The notes: generated by a model not told the origin, from the letters alone. Counted from the first letter of the stretch, positions 15,392-24,892 are shown. The stretch: DNA of 51,556 nt from Candidatus Niyogibacteria bacterium (GCA_016214345.1 JACROR010000025.1:1-51556), one strand, 5' to 3'. Translations and numbers: made by a program.

Positions 15392-15919
15392 TTAATAGCG
15401 GGCAGACCTGCCTGCCGGCAGGTGATCTAAAATGAATTTGGCTCTTTTTGCCACGCTGTCCATTGGTACATTTACGCACGGCATGCTTCGCGTCTGATAT
15501 TCTTGACGAATAAGGTCGGCGATGATGAGAGCTTCTTTTTGATTAGCTTCCACGCGCAGACCGTCGTGTTCAAAGTCGTTCAACGGCTCTAAAAAGAAAA
15601 TTGTGTCGTAACGTACGTTTGTTTTGCATATTTCCGGAATATTTTCCAGACCGAAATATTTACAGTAGGCTATTCCGTCATACAGGCCTCTGTCCGTAAA
15701 AATGATGTCATGGTTTGAAGCGCGGATCTCTTTTTCGCGCGAGAGGTGTCTTTGCGCCAATTCAGTTTGGAATTCAATGGTGCGGGGAGCGAGAGTTTTT
15801 TCTTCTAAAATATCGCGCGCCGTTTCGCGCGACACGGGATAGCCGAGTTGCCGCAAATAGTTGATAGTGGTGGTTTTTCCCGATGACGCCGCGCCGGTTA
15901 TTACGAAAATTTTCGGCAT
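15392..15919 (-). CDS. P-loop NTPase (AAA_28/NadR-like ATPase)
   Basis: N-terminal Walker A GAASSGKTT. 175 aa. The last residues, HLPAGRSARY, are encoded by a family A palindrome copy. Confidence 0.7.
   Translation of the reverse strand: MPKIFVITGAASSGKTTTINYLRQLGYPVSRETARDILEEKTLAPRTIEFQTELAQRHLSREKEIRASNHDIIFTDRGLYDGIAYCKYFGLENIPEICKTNVRYDTIFFLEPLNDFEHDGLRVEANQKEALIIADLIRQEYQTRSMPCVNVPMDSVAKRAKFILDHLPAGRSARY
15407..15422. repeat. family A palindrome copy (truncated) forming the 3' end of CDS 15392..15919
   Basis: cctgcctgccggcagg. Confidence 0.6.
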
Positions 15920-16005
15920 GTTTTTATTATATACAAAAGCGTAATGATATGCTAAAATGCTTTTAGTTTTTTGACAATGTAACTTGATAATACAAGGAGG
16001 GCTAA

Positions 16006-18582
16006 ATGCTTGTTCAAGACAATGCGCGTTTGCCGAAGACCGTCAAGCCGGTATGTTACGATCTGGTTTTTGAACCTGATCTGGAAAATTTTATTTTTCG
16101 GGGAATGGCGCAGATTGACGTATTGATCGCGGAGGATGTTTCTTCAATAACTCTTCACGCGAAAGAGTTGAGCGTTGATTATGTTATTTTGCAAAGAGAC
16201 GGAAAAGCTTTTGTTCCGTCAGTGGTGTTTGATCAGGAAGCCGAGCGCGTTATTTTCGTTTTCAGCGAAAATATTTCAGCGGGTGACGTGCGATTACTGA
16301 TCCGTTTTCAGGGCGTGTTGAACGATCAGATGGCCGGTTTTTACCGGAGTGTCTACGAGGTTAGCGGCGAGAAGCGGATCATGGCGACAACGCAATTTGA
16401 AGATACTTCCGCCCGCCGCGCGTTCCCATGCTGGGACGAGCCGGCGATAAAGGCGCGATTCAAAGTTACTTTGAAGATTCCCAAACATCTGCAGGCCGTT
16501 TCCAATATGCCCGCGGTTTCGGAGAAGTTATGCCGGGACAAGAAAATAATCCGTTTTGGCGTCACGCCCCTCATGTCCACGTATCTGCTGGCGTTTGTCG
16601 TCGGAGAATTGGAACACATTGAGGCAACGACCAAGGACGGTATTTTGGTGAGAGTGTTCACTACTCCGGGCAAAAAAGCACAGGGCGAGTTCGCGCTCTA
16701 CGTGGGCGTGAAAGCGCTTGAATTTTATAACGACTATTTCGGGATAGCGTATCCGCTGCCCAAAATGGACATGGCGGCGATTCCTGATTTCGCGGCCGGA
16801 GCGATGGAGAACTGGGGACTGATTACTTATCGTGAGTTTGACTTTTTAATTGATCCTAAAAATTCTTCCAGCGCGAGGCATCAGCGCGTTGCCATTGTGG
16901 TGGCGCACGAGATTGCGCATCAGTGGTTCGGCAATCTGGTGACCATGGAGTGGTGGACCCAGCTGTGGTTAAACGAAGGTTTTGCCAGTTGGATGGAATA
17001 TTTCGCCGTGGACCATGTGTTTCCGGAATGGAACATTTGGGAGCAGTTCATGTCCGATGCTTTCGCTTCGGCGTTGGCGCTGGACGGCTTGCGAAGTACG
17101 CATCCCATAGAGACTGTCATAAAACACCCGAGCGAGATCGGGCAAACTTTTGACGCCATAAGCTATGAAAAAGGCGCGTGCGTCATTCGCATGATACACG
17201 ACTACATTGGCGCGGAAAATTTTCGCAACGGCCTTAAGCTTTATCTTATATGGTACGCTTACGGTAATGCCGTGACCGAGGATCTGTGGCAGGCGTTGGA
17301 AGAGGTGTCGGGCAAGCCGGTGCGTAAGATCATGGATACCTGGACCAAGCAGCCCGGTTATCCGCTGATCTCGTTGAAACAAACATCAGACGGCAAGTTT
17401 GAGCTGGAACAGTCGCGTTTTCTTTCCAGCGGAGAGAAGTTATCGCCGGAAGAAGCATCCGAGTTGTGGCAAATATCTTTGCCGTTTCAAAATGCAGCGG
17501 GGGACAGCCAAAAAGTTTTGCTTTCCGATCGCGCTTCGTTGGTTAAACTTCCGTCGGATCATGGCGGATGGTTCAAATTAAACGCCGGACAAATGGCTTT
17601 AGCGCGCGTGAATTACACGCCCGAGCTTTGGGATAGATTGAAGAAAGCGCTCCGGAGGGGCTTGCTTTCTGTGGTAGATCGCGCGGGTTTGGCAAACGAT
17701 ATTTACGCGTTAACCGAGTCGGGTGTTTTACCTGCCACGCAATTGTTGTCTGTTCTCACGGCATATCAGGGAGAAACAGAATACATTGTGTGGGACGACA
17801 TTGTGGGAAGTTTGGGCGGCATTAATTTGCTTTTGCCTAATGGCGGTGTGCGCGCGAATTTCGATTCTTTCGCCCGTGATTTGCTATCGCGGATCGTGGC
17901 AGAAAAAGGATGGGAAGAAAATCCAAACGAAACACACAGCCAAAAGCTTTTGCGTCCTATGGTTTTATCGGCCACCGGTTTTTATGGCGATGTGGAAGTA
18001 ATTGAAGAAGCGAAAAACCGTTTTCGTTTTTTCCTGAAAGATCCCGAGACACTTGATCCAAATTTGCGTTCCATGGTGTATGGCCTGATTGCGAGATATG
18101 GCGATACTCGCACGCTTGAAACTTTAATTGAGTGTTACAGGAAAGTGCCAAGGCAGGAAGAAAAAATGCGTTTTTTGGTAGCGCTTGCTCAATTTCAGGA
18201 CATGCGGATTTTGGAAGAAGCGTTGAAATTCGCTTTTTCCGACGAGGTGCGTTCGCAGGATCTGGGTTATTTTGTGGGCAGTATCGGAAGAGATGGGCAA
18301 GAATTGATGTGGCGCGAATTACAAGTTCGCTTCCCTGAATTGATGAGTCGCTATGATGGCAAACTTTCCGGCATTATTAGAAGCACTATTGAAGGTTTTG
18401 GTTCCGAGGAGAAGGCGCGGGAAGTGGAAGAATTTTTCCGCGTGCACCCGGTGCCTGCCGCGAGTCAGGCGATAAGCCAAGGCTTGGAGCGGATCCGTGC
18501 CCGAGCGGCGTGGATCGCGAGGGATCTGCCCGCGATCACCGCGTGGCTTGAAAAATGGTCCTTTGATAATATTTTGAAATAA
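16006..18582 (+). CDS. pepN: M1-family aminopeptidase N (with ERAP1-like C-terminal domain)
   Basis: 858 aa. GAMENWG exopeptidase motif and HEIAHQWFGNLVT-x17-WLNEGFA zinc site. AGGAGG RBS. Confidence 0.93.
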   Translation: MLVQDNARLPKTVKPVCYDLVFEPDLENFIFRGMAQIDVLIAEDVSSITLHAKELSVDYVILQRDGKAFVPSVVFDQEAERVIFVFSENISAGDVRLLIRFQGVLNDQMAGFYRSVYEVSGEKRIMATTQFEDTSARRAFPCWDEPAIKARFKVTLKIPKHLQAVSNMPAVSEKLCRDKKIIRFGVTPLMSTYLLAFVVGELEHIEATTKDGILVRVFTTPGKKAQGEFALYVGVKALEFYNDYFGIAYPLPKMDMAAIPDFAAGAMENWGLITYREFDFLIDPKNSSSARHQRVAIVVAHEIAHQWFGNLVTMEWWTQLWLNEGFASWMEYFAVDHVFPEWNIWEQFMSDAFASALALDGLRSTHPIETVIKHPSEIGQTFDAISYEKGACVIRMIHDYIGAENFRNGLKLYLIWYAYGNAVTEDLWQALEEVSGKPVRKIMDTWTKQPGYPLISLKQTSDGKFELEQSRFLSSGEKLSPEEASELWQISLPFQNAAGDSQKVLLSDRASLVKLPSDHGGWFKLNAGQMALARVNYTPELWDRLKKALRRGLLSVVDRAGLANDIYALTESGVLPATQLLSVLTAYQGETEYIVWDDIVGSLGGINLLLPNGGVRANFDSFARDLLSRIVAEKGWEENPNETHSQKLLRPMVLSATGFYGDVEVIEEAKNRFRFFLKDPETLDPNLRSMVYGLIARYGDTRTLETLIECYRKVPRQEEKMRFLVALAQFQDMRILEEALKFAFSDEVRSQDLGYFVGSIGRDGQELMWRELQVRFPELMSRYDGKLSGIIRSTIEGFGSEEKAREVEEFFRVHPVPAASQAISQGLERIRARAAWIARDLPAITAWLEKWSFDNILK

Positions 18583-18583
18583 G

Positions 18584-18625
18584 AAAAACCCCTCACCTAC
18601 AAAGCAGGTGAGGGGTTTTTATTTT
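18584..18625 (+). terminator. rho-independent terminator of pepN
   Basis: cccctcacct-acaaagc-aggtgagggg with flanking A5 and T5aT4 runs. Confidence 0.8.
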
Positions 18626-18873
18626 GGCGGAAGGGGGGTGGCCCCGCAACAGCGGGATTGCTGTTTGTTACTAATCGCTTCGCTCTTAGACAAACAGGGA
18701 AGATTCAATTTTTTTTGGAAAATTTCGCGAAGCACTCCTAGTGTTTCGTTCAAGTCCTATGCTTTTTTCAATTTACTTCGCTCATTTCGGAAGGGGTGGG
18801 ACTCAATTTTCTTTTGGAAAATTCCGGGGAATGCCCCCGGCATTCCCTTCTCATCCCACCCCTTCCTTACTCG
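18626..18873. repeat. array of tRNA-Ser(UGA)-derived fragments and associated hairpins
   Basis: The 29-bp segment cttcgctcatttcggaaggggtgggactc at 18776-18804 is identical to 18874-18902 (tRNA 3' end plus flank). A degenerate copy ggcggaaggggggtgg is at 18626-18641. An inverted copy cccaccccttcc is at 18855-18866. Palindrome ggggaatgcccccggcattccc. Repeated caatttt(c)ttttggaaaatt. Confidence 0.65.
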
Positions 18874-18885
18874 CTTCGCTCATTT

Positions 18886-18970
18886 CGGAAGGGGTGGGAC
18901 TCGAACCCACAAGCCCCTTGCGGGGCGCTGGTTTTCAAGACCAGTTCCTTACCATTCGGAGCACCCTTCC
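18886..18970 (-). tRNA. tRNA-Ser, anticodon UGA
   Basis: 85 nt, class II. Acceptor GGAAGGG/CCCTTCC, anticodon arm CTGGT-CTTGAAA-ACCAG, long variable arm GCCCCGCAAGGGGC, T arm GTGGG-TTCGAGT-CCCAC, discriminator G. Confidence 0.9.
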
Positions 18971-19045
18971 ATAATTTTTTTTAACTTGTTTTATTTTGAC
19001 AAGCAAGGAGCGAGTGAATCCGCCATTTAGCGGATTAACATCATT

Positions 19046-19065
19046 CCTGCCTACCGACAGGGAGG
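19046..19065. repeat. degenerate family A palindrome copy
   Basis: cctgcctaccgacagggagg. Confidence 0.5.
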
Positions 19066-19114
19066 CGAGCGCCGTCAAAACAAAGGGTTTTTTTTTATTA
19101 CCCTTTATATTATA

Positions 19115-19147
19115 GCAAAACGCTCCGTATGTCACGGAGCGTTTTGC
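19115..19147. terminator. strong hairpin (13-bp perfect stem) in the tRNA-Ser / 19240 intergenic region
   Basis: gcaaaacgctccg-tatgtca-cggagcgttttgc. A T7 run lies 7 nt downstream on the plus strand only, so orientation and function are ambiguous. Confidence 0.4.
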
Positions 19148-19164
19148 GACCTAATTTTTTTGAG

Positions 19165-19184
19165 CCTGCCTACCGGCAGGCAGG
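19165..19184. repeat. family A palindrome copy
   Basis: cctgcctaccggcaggcagg, followed by cgaagcgatt (module aatcgcttcg in reverse). Confidence 0.7.
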
Positions 19185-19239
19185 CGAAGCGATTAGAAAA
19201 TGGAAGCACTCTCTGTGGTGCGATCTGATCTCGCGGCGT

Positions 19240-20673
19240 TTATTGGTTTGTGGTCGGCGTTACTGATGTAGGAATTGGTTTGGTTTCAGTTTGTGTTTGA
19301 GTAGTAGCGCGTTCCGCCTCTTTTATCTGCAATTGTTTGTAGTATTCTTCCATATTTATCGGTTTGGGCGTCAGTGTGGGCATTGGTTTTATCACATTGG
19401 CGCACGCGCCCTTGCTCGCGATAGCCGTTCCCGCAACTTTAGCCTTGCAGATGTTGCTGTAAGTTTTGCCGTCTACTCCGCATACCGGCTCCCAGGCTTT
19501 TGCACACGCAGCGATCGTTCCGGTCTGTGATTTGGCATCAATGCGTTTCTGTTCTTCTTTTCTCAATTCAATTCTTTTTTGGAGTAAAGATCCCACATCT
19601 TCGCCGTTTGATGTCGGTTGCGCAGAGCTTGTTTCCGCTTTCTCCGCGTCGATCTTTTCCAGATATGCTTTGCGCGTGGCATCATCTTCTATGTTCATCA
19701 ATCTTTTTTCCACTTTATTGATCACTTCTTCACGCGAAGATTTTATCTTTTCTTTAAGACCCGCGGGCAACCCTTGTTTTTCCAGTCGGTTGATAATTTC
19801 CGCCTGTTTCAATTCATCGCCACCGATTTTTTCCAGATAAGTTTTGAATTTGGTTTGATCTTCGGGAGACATCTGGTTTAGGTCGCCATGCAGGCGATTA
19901 AGCGCGTTTTCTTGGGCTCTTTGGATCGCTGCTTTGGCTTGTTCAGGCAATTTTTCTTCCAGTTTCAATAACACTTCCAAATTTTTGAAGTTTTTGAATT
20001 GGCCGCCCTTCTGTTCGTCCAGCGCTTTTTCCATTCTTTCTTTGATTTTTTCCGGGTTTTCTTTTTGCATCAATTCCGCGAATTTTTCCAGCGTTTTTTC
20101 CTGCGCTTTCAGCACTCTTTCCTTGGCCTGTTCAGGCAATTTTGAAGCAAGGTTATCCATCAATTTTTGGCGTTTTAGTTGGAAGTCGGTCAGTTTGTTT
20201 AACAATTTTTCGGCAGCCGGGTCCGTGGATGACAGCGCGCTTGCGGCATCTTTGGCTTTCTCCATTTCTGTTTCGTAGTTTTGCATCGCGCTATTTAAAA
20301 CAGCCGGGTCCTGCGTCTTCTCGGAGAGTTTTCGCGCTTCCACTAACTTTTCATTGGCGAATTGCGCCCGTAACTCCGCCTTTTTGATTTTGTTGAAAGT
20401 CAGAGCGGATTGGACGCCACGGCTCCAGTTTTTGAAGAAATAAAACGGGCTGTCCGGAAGAACGGTCGGTTCGGCAACGTTCAAGTCTGTCGCGGTTACG
20501 GTTTGGTCCGCCGCCACAGCAGCATCTACCTGGCTGTTGGTTGCGGCCGCGGCATCGGTTACGACGTTAGTCGCGGTGTCGGTTACGGTCGCGGCCTCTT
20601 CCGCGAAAGCGAAAGAAACGCCTGCGAGCAACACAAATATTGATAATAACGCTATTTTTGTCTTCATATTCAT
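19240..20673 (-). CDS. secreted coiled-coil protein with a C-terminal Kazal-type protease-inhibitor-like domain
   Basis: Signal peptide MNMKTKIALLSIFVLLAGVSFAFA. Long Lys/Glu-rich helical region. C-terminal CAKAWEPVCGVDGKTYSNICKAKVAGTAIASKGAC matches the Kazal C-x-PVCG-x-DG-x-TY-x-N-x-C pattern. Confidence 0.7.
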   Translation of the reverse strand: MNMKTKIALLSIFVLLAGVSFAFAEEAATVTDTATNVVTDAAAATNSQVDAAVAADQTVTATDLNVAEPTVLPDSPFYFFKNWSRGVQSALTFNKIKKAELRAQFANEKLVEARKLSEKTQDPAVLNSAMQNYETEMEKAKDAASALSSTDPAAEKLLNKLTDFQLKRQKLMDNLASKLPEQAKERVLKAQEKTLEKFAELMQKENPEKIKERMEKALDEQKGGQFKNFKNLEVLLKLEEKLPEQAKAAIQRAQENALNRLHGDLNQMSPEDQTKFKTYLEKIGGDELKQAEIINRLEKQGLPAGLKEKIKSSREEVINKVEKRLMNIEDDATRKAYLEKIDAEKAETSSAQPTSNGEDVGSLLQKRIELRKEEQKRIDAKSQTGTIAACAKAWEPVCGVDGKTYSNICKAKVAGTAIASKGACANVIKPMPTLTPKPINMEEYYKQLQIKEAERATTQTQTETKPIPTSVTPTTNQ

Positions 20674-20744
20674 AGGCTTTGCTTAATTAATAATACTAAT
20701 AATGTTATTTTACACTATTTCTTAAAAATATTACACAAATAGTT

Positions 20745-21197
20745 TTACACAATCCGCTTTATGAGCTTAATTTTGAAATAAGGATTTTTGGTGAGGGACG
20801 CCAATTTTTGTTTGGCTACGCGTTTCAAGCTCGCGCGCGCGTGAATGATCTCGTTGTTTCCTATATATATGGCGACATGTCCGATATATACTTTTTTGCC
20901 GTGGAAAAGTTTGTGCGCGTAATGTCCTTGTATTCCTTCAAAAAAAATCAGATCTCCGGCTTGGAGGTCTTTGGCGCGCGTTATGGCGCGTCCGCGGGCG
21001 GCTTGAAGCACGGAACTGCGGGGCAGATTAACGCCCGCTTGCTTGCAGACATATTGTATAAAAGATGAGCAGTCCACGCTTTCTGGCTTGGAGTTTTGCT
21101 TGTCCGCGGTTGCGTAAGCTCCATATTGGTAGGGCGTTCCCAAAAGTCCGATAGCCGTGTTCATAATTTTTTCAATTTTTTCTTTGCGGTTCGGCAT
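20745..21197 (-). CDS. NlpC/P60 (C40) family cell-wall peptidase
   Basis: 150 aa. Catalytic Cys context VDCSSFIQYV and His in GHVAIYIG...IIHA. Confidence 0.8.
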   Translation of the reverse strand: MPNRKEKIEKIMNTAIGLLGTPYQYGAYATADKQNSKPESVDCSSFIQYVCKQAGVNLPRSSVLQAARGRAITRAKDLQAGDLIFFEGIQGHYAHKLFHGKKVYIGHVAIYIGNNEIIHARASLKRVAKQKLASLTKNPYFKIKLIKRIV

Positions 21198-21198
21198 T

Positions 21199-22620
21199 TT
21201 ATTTATTATTTCTAGGCAGACTTTCTTTAAATCCCGCGTCCGTCATTTTTATAAACTCGGCGTTTTGCCGGAAAGTTTTCAAATTTTTGGCTCCCAGGTA
21301 GCTCATGGATGATCGTAATCCCGCGATGAGGTCCGCTACCACGACTTTGGCGTATCCGTGATAGGGGACGCGTCCGGATTTTCCTTCGGGCGCGCGGTGG
21401 AATCCGTCCTTCGCGTTGTCCAGGTTTTTTTTATCTTCCGCCGCTTCGTAAGACGCCATGCCGCGATAGAATTTGTAGGCTACGCCGTCTTCCATCAGAT
21501 ATTCTCCGGGCGCTTCGTCGGTGCCCGCGAAAAGGCTGCCTATCATTACGCTGTCGGCTCCGGCCGCCAGCGCTTTGGCGAAATCTCCGGAATTTTTTAC
21601 TCCGCCGTCGGCAATGATGGGAGTGATTGATTTTTGGGCGGCTTTCGCGGCGTCCATGATGGCGGTAATTTGCGGAACTCCGACACCGGTGACGATTCGC
21701 GTGGTGCAGGCGGCTCCCGGACCGATGCCTATTTTAATCGCGTCCGCTCCGGCATTAATCAAATCGCGCGCGCCTTCATAAGTGGCGATGTTGCCGGCGA
21801 TAATATCCAATCCCGCGAATTTCTTTTTTAATTTTTTAACAGTCTCCGCCACTCGCATATTGTGTCCGTGCGCGACATCTACCACCAAAGCATCCGCTCC
21901 CGCGTTGGCCAAAGCTTCCGCTCTTTCTATCATATCGCTTTTTATGCCCAAGGCGGCTCCTACCATGAGGCGGCCTTTTTGATCTTTGGTCGCGAAAGGA
22001 TTTTTCTCTCTTTTCAATAAATCTTTCAGAGTAATCAGCCCTTTGATTTTTCCGTTTTTGTCTACCAATGGTAATTTTTCTATTTTGTGTTGGCGTAAAA
22101 TATTTTTCGCCGAAGCGATGGAAATTTTAGGCGCCGCGGTGATCACTTTTTTGGTCATAATGTCGGAAACCAGCGTATTTTTTCCTTGATCAAACATCAG
22201 GTCGCGGGCGGTGAGTATGCCTATTAATTTATTTTTAGCGTCAACCACCAAAAATCCGGAAATATCCAATTGCGACATTTTTTTGCGCGCTTCCGCGATA
22301 GTTTTTTGCGATTCTATGGTGTAAGGTTCGTCTATGATAAAGTTTTCCGCGCGTTTGACGCGGCGCACTTCTTCGGCCTGCTCGGCAATGGATAAAAAGC
22401 GGTGAATGATACCCAAGCCGCCCAATTCCGCCATGGCGCGCGCCATTTTGGATTCGGTTACGGTGTCCATATTGGCGGAAACAATGGGCGTTCGCAGTTT
22501 AATATTTTTGGAAAATCTGGTTTCCACGGCGATGTCTTTGCGGGAAAACACGAAAGATCTTTTCGGTATAAGCAACACATCGTCAAATGACCAGCCTTCT
22601 TTTATTTTAAAATTCGCCAT
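21199..22620 (-). CDS. guaB: IMP dehydrogenase
   Basis: 473 aa. TIM barrel with tandem CBS insert, active-site loop [19 protein letters not shown], and a C-terminal flap. Confidence 0.93.
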   Translation of the reverse strand: MANFKIKEGWSFDDVLLIPKRSFVFSRKDIAVETRFSKNIKLRTPIVSANMDTVTESKMARAMAELGGLGIIHRFLSIAEQAEEVRRVKRAENFIIDEPYTIESQKTIAEARKKMSQLDISGFLVVDAKNKLIGILTARDLMFDQGKNTLVSDIMTKKVITAAPKISIASAKNILRQHKIEKLPLVDKNGKIKGLITLKDLLKREKNPFATKDQKGRLMVGAALGIKSDMIERAEALANAGADALVVDVAHGHNMRVAETVKKLKKKFAGLDIIAGNIATYEGARDLINAGADAIKIGIGPGAACTTRIVTGVGVPQITAIMDAAKAAQKSITPIIADGGVKNSGDFAKALAAGADSVMIGSLFAGTDEAPGEYLMEDGVAYKFYRGMASYEAAEDKKNLDNAKDGFHRAPEGKSGRVPYHGYAKVVVADLIAGLRSSMSYLGAKNLKTFRQNAEFIKMTDAGFKESLPRNNK

Positions 22621-22786
22621 GAGTTTTTTTACCCTGTTAAATAATTTGTTTTACAAATTAAAATCTTTGATTTTATTTAACAGGGTGAATTTTTTAGATC
22701 AAAGATAATGACCTGTTGTATTTTATCATTTTTATGGCCAGCGGCAAATTTTTGAAAATTTGGGTTTTTCACGTTAGACTTTACCT

Positions 22787-23413
22787 ATGATTTCCACAAT
22801 TATAACTTTTTTGGTCAAGTTCGTGGTTACGGCGGTTACCTTCGCCGGATATTGGAGCGTTTTTTTGCTGATGGCCCTGGAGAGCGCCGGTATACCAATT
22901 CCGTCCGAAGCGATCATGCCTTTTTCCGGTTTTTTAGTGGCCAAGGGGCAATTCGTGTTTTGGCCCGCGGTATTTTTCGGAGCGTTCGGTAATTTGTTCG
23001 GATCCTGGCTGGCTTATTGGATCGGACTGAAAGGCGGTCGTCCGTTAATTGAAAAATACGGCAAATATATTTTTCTTTCCGAGCATGATCTGAATATCGC
23101 GGACCGCTGGTTTTCGCGTTATGGCGAATGGATCGTTTTTTTCGGGCGGCTTTTGCCGGTCATCAGAACTTATATTTCTTTTCCGGCCGGAATCTCCAAA
23201 ATGAATTTTAGAAAATTTTCCATTTATACATTCATCGGAGTTTTTATCTGGTCATTTTTGTTCGCTTGGCTGGGGGTAAAATTGGGCAACAACTGGGAAA
23301 TGATAAGAGAAAAGCTTCATAATATTGATGTGCTGATCGCGGTTTTGATATTTTTGGGCATCGTGGGCTTTATTTACAAACACCGAAAGCATTCTGCGCG
23401 CGCGACAGATTGA
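22787..23413 (+). CDS. DedA/SNARE-associated family membrane protein
   Basis: 208 aa. ES-x-GIPIPSE motif, R-x-LPVIRTYISFPAG, multiple TM segments. Confidence 0.85.
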   Translation: MISTIITFLVKFVVTAVTFAGYWSVFLLMALESAGIPIPSEAIMPFSGFLVAKGQFVFWPAVFFGAFGNLFGSWLAYWIGLKGGRPLIEKYGKYIFLSEHDLNIADRWFSRYGEWIVFFGRLLPVIRTYISFPAGISKMNFRKFSIYTFIGVFIWSFLFAWLGVKLGNNWEMIREKLHNIDVLIAVLIFLGIVGFIYKHRKHSARATD

Positions 23414-23441
23414 GAAAATTTAGTTTTGTTTTGGTTTTAAT

Positions 23442-24647
23442 TTAAATTTTTTTCAGAGCTTGCGACAGGTCGTCTATCAGGTCTTGGGGGTCTTCGCGCC
23501 CGATGGAGAGGCGGAGCGTTCCGGCAGAGATGCCGGCCTTTTTTAATTCTGGGGGAGTTAATTGTCCGTGAGTGGTGGTGGCGGGGTGTATCACCAGAGA
23601 CCTTGCTTCGCCGATGTTGGCCGCGTGCCAGAAAAGTTTGAGCGATTCCAACACTGCTTTCGCTTTTTTCTCGCCGCCTTTGACCTCAAAAGCCATAAGT
23701 CCGCCGAATCCCTGGGGCATGAGACGCTGGTTCAATGTTTTGCGCACTCCGTATTCGGGATAAAAAACTTGAGCTACTTTCGGGTGGCGGGAGAGAAATT
23801 TCGCGACTACCGAAGCGTTGCGGCAATGTTCTTTCACGCGGCCGAAGAGCGATTCTATGTGATAGCAAAGAATGGCGGCATTGTCGGGCGCGATGCAGGG
23901 ACCGGTGTCGCGAAACCATCCGGCGCGCATATCGTCCATCAATGATTTTTTCCCCAAGATCGCGCCGCCGATCACTTCTCCGTCGCCCATGTATTTGGAA
24001 AGGGAATGGATAACAATATCCGCGCCCAGTTTGATCGGTTGTAAAAGTATGGGGGTCGCCAAAGTATTGTCCACTACCAAGGGCAGTTTATGTTGGTGCG
24101 CTAGTTGGGCCAAGTGTTTGATGTCAAAAACATCCAGCGTCGGGTTGGAAGGATTCTCCACAAATAAAAATTTGGTGTTGGGGCGAATGGCGGCTTCCCA
24201 TGCTTTGTCATCAAACGGATCTTCCACGAAAGTGGTTTGGATGCCTAAGGCGGGCATGCGTTCACGGAATAAATGAAATGTTCCTCCGTAAATACGATTG
24301 GAAGTTACGATGTGTCCGCCGGAATGGGCGAAGTGGAGCGCTAATAGTTCAATCGCCGACATGCCCGAAGAGGCGGCAAGGCCCGCTTCGGCTCCTTCCA
24401 GAGCCGCCAGCCGTTTTTCCAGTTTGTCCACGGTGGGATTGTTGACGCGGGTATATATGAATCCTTCTTCTAGTCCGGCAAAAAGCCGTTTAGCTCGTTC
24501 AAAAGAGCCCAAAGAAAAACCGATGACCCGATGCAGTCCCGGTCTGATCTCTATATCGGCTATGGATCCTCCGCCGTGAATTTCCAAAGTCTTTGGGCGC
24601 AATTTTACGCTCGCGCTCTTTCTGATTTTTTTAGATTTTTTTGGCAT
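23442..24647 (-). CDS. PLP-dependent Cys/Met-metabolism enzyme (O-acetylhomoserine sulfhydrylase-like)
   Basis: 401 aa. Y-x-R-x-x-NPT, SSGMSAI, DNT, and PLP-lysine context HSLSKYMGD. There is a basic N-terminal extension. Confidence 0.85.
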   Translation of the reverse strand: MPKKSKKIRKSASVKLRPKTLEIHGGGSIADIEIRPGLHRVIGFSLGSFERAKRLFAGLEEGFIYTRVNNPTVDKLEKRLAALEGAEAGLAASSGMSAIELLALHFAHSGGHIVTSNRIYGGTFHLFRERMPALGIQTTFVEDPFDDKAWEAAIRPNTKFLFVENPSNPTLDVFDIKHLAQLAHQHKLPLVVDNTLATPILLQPIKLGADIVIHSLSKYMGDGEVIGGAILGKKSLMDDMRAGWFRDTGPCIAPDNAAILCYHIESLFGRVKEHCRNASVVAKFLSRHPKVAQVFYPEYGVRKTLNQRLMPQGFGGLMAFEVKGGEKKAKAVLESLKLFWHAANIGEARSLVIHPATTTHGQLTPPELKKAGISAGTLRLSIGREDPQDLIDDLSQALKKI

Positions 24648-24715
24648 GAATAAAAATGATCTAGCTTTTAATCATAGCAGATCACAGGTGTTTTTAGAAA
24701 TTAAGAAAGTTATTT

Positions 24716-24892
24716 CACTGCGGAGAGGGCGGCCTGCTTGCCGGTAGGCAGGGACTTGGTCACAAATAATTTTCCTGACGGAAAATTTTCGCGACCCCGC
24801 CTCGCTGCGTCAGCCTTCGCTTCGCGAAACTGACGCAACGCTTCGGCTTTCAAGTCCCGCACGCAAGCAAAGCAGTTTGCTTGCTCCCCTCC
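24716..24892 (-). other. tRNA-Ser(GCU) 3'-end copy split by a family A palindrome, plus a conserved structured element (paralog of 44263..44354)
   Basis: cactgcggagagggcgg + cctgcttgccggtaggcagg (24733-24752) + gact repeats the tRNA 3' end. 24789-24892 aligns in inverted orientation with 44263-44354. Confidence 0.6.

Noticed and set aside
18626-18902. Possible CRISPR array, given the roughly 98-bp periodic repeats
   Set aside because: There are only two perfect copies plus degenerate ones. The repeats are tRNA-derived and include the real tRNA. The spacing and spacers are not CRISPR-like, and there are no cas genes.
18608-19135. ORFs 18608..19030, 18741..18974, 18796..18984 and 18935..19135
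   Set aside because: They read through tRNA-Ser(UGA) and its repeated fragments. The repeated peptide strings (FRKGWDS, FGRGGT) are translated tRNA acceptor/T-arm DNA.
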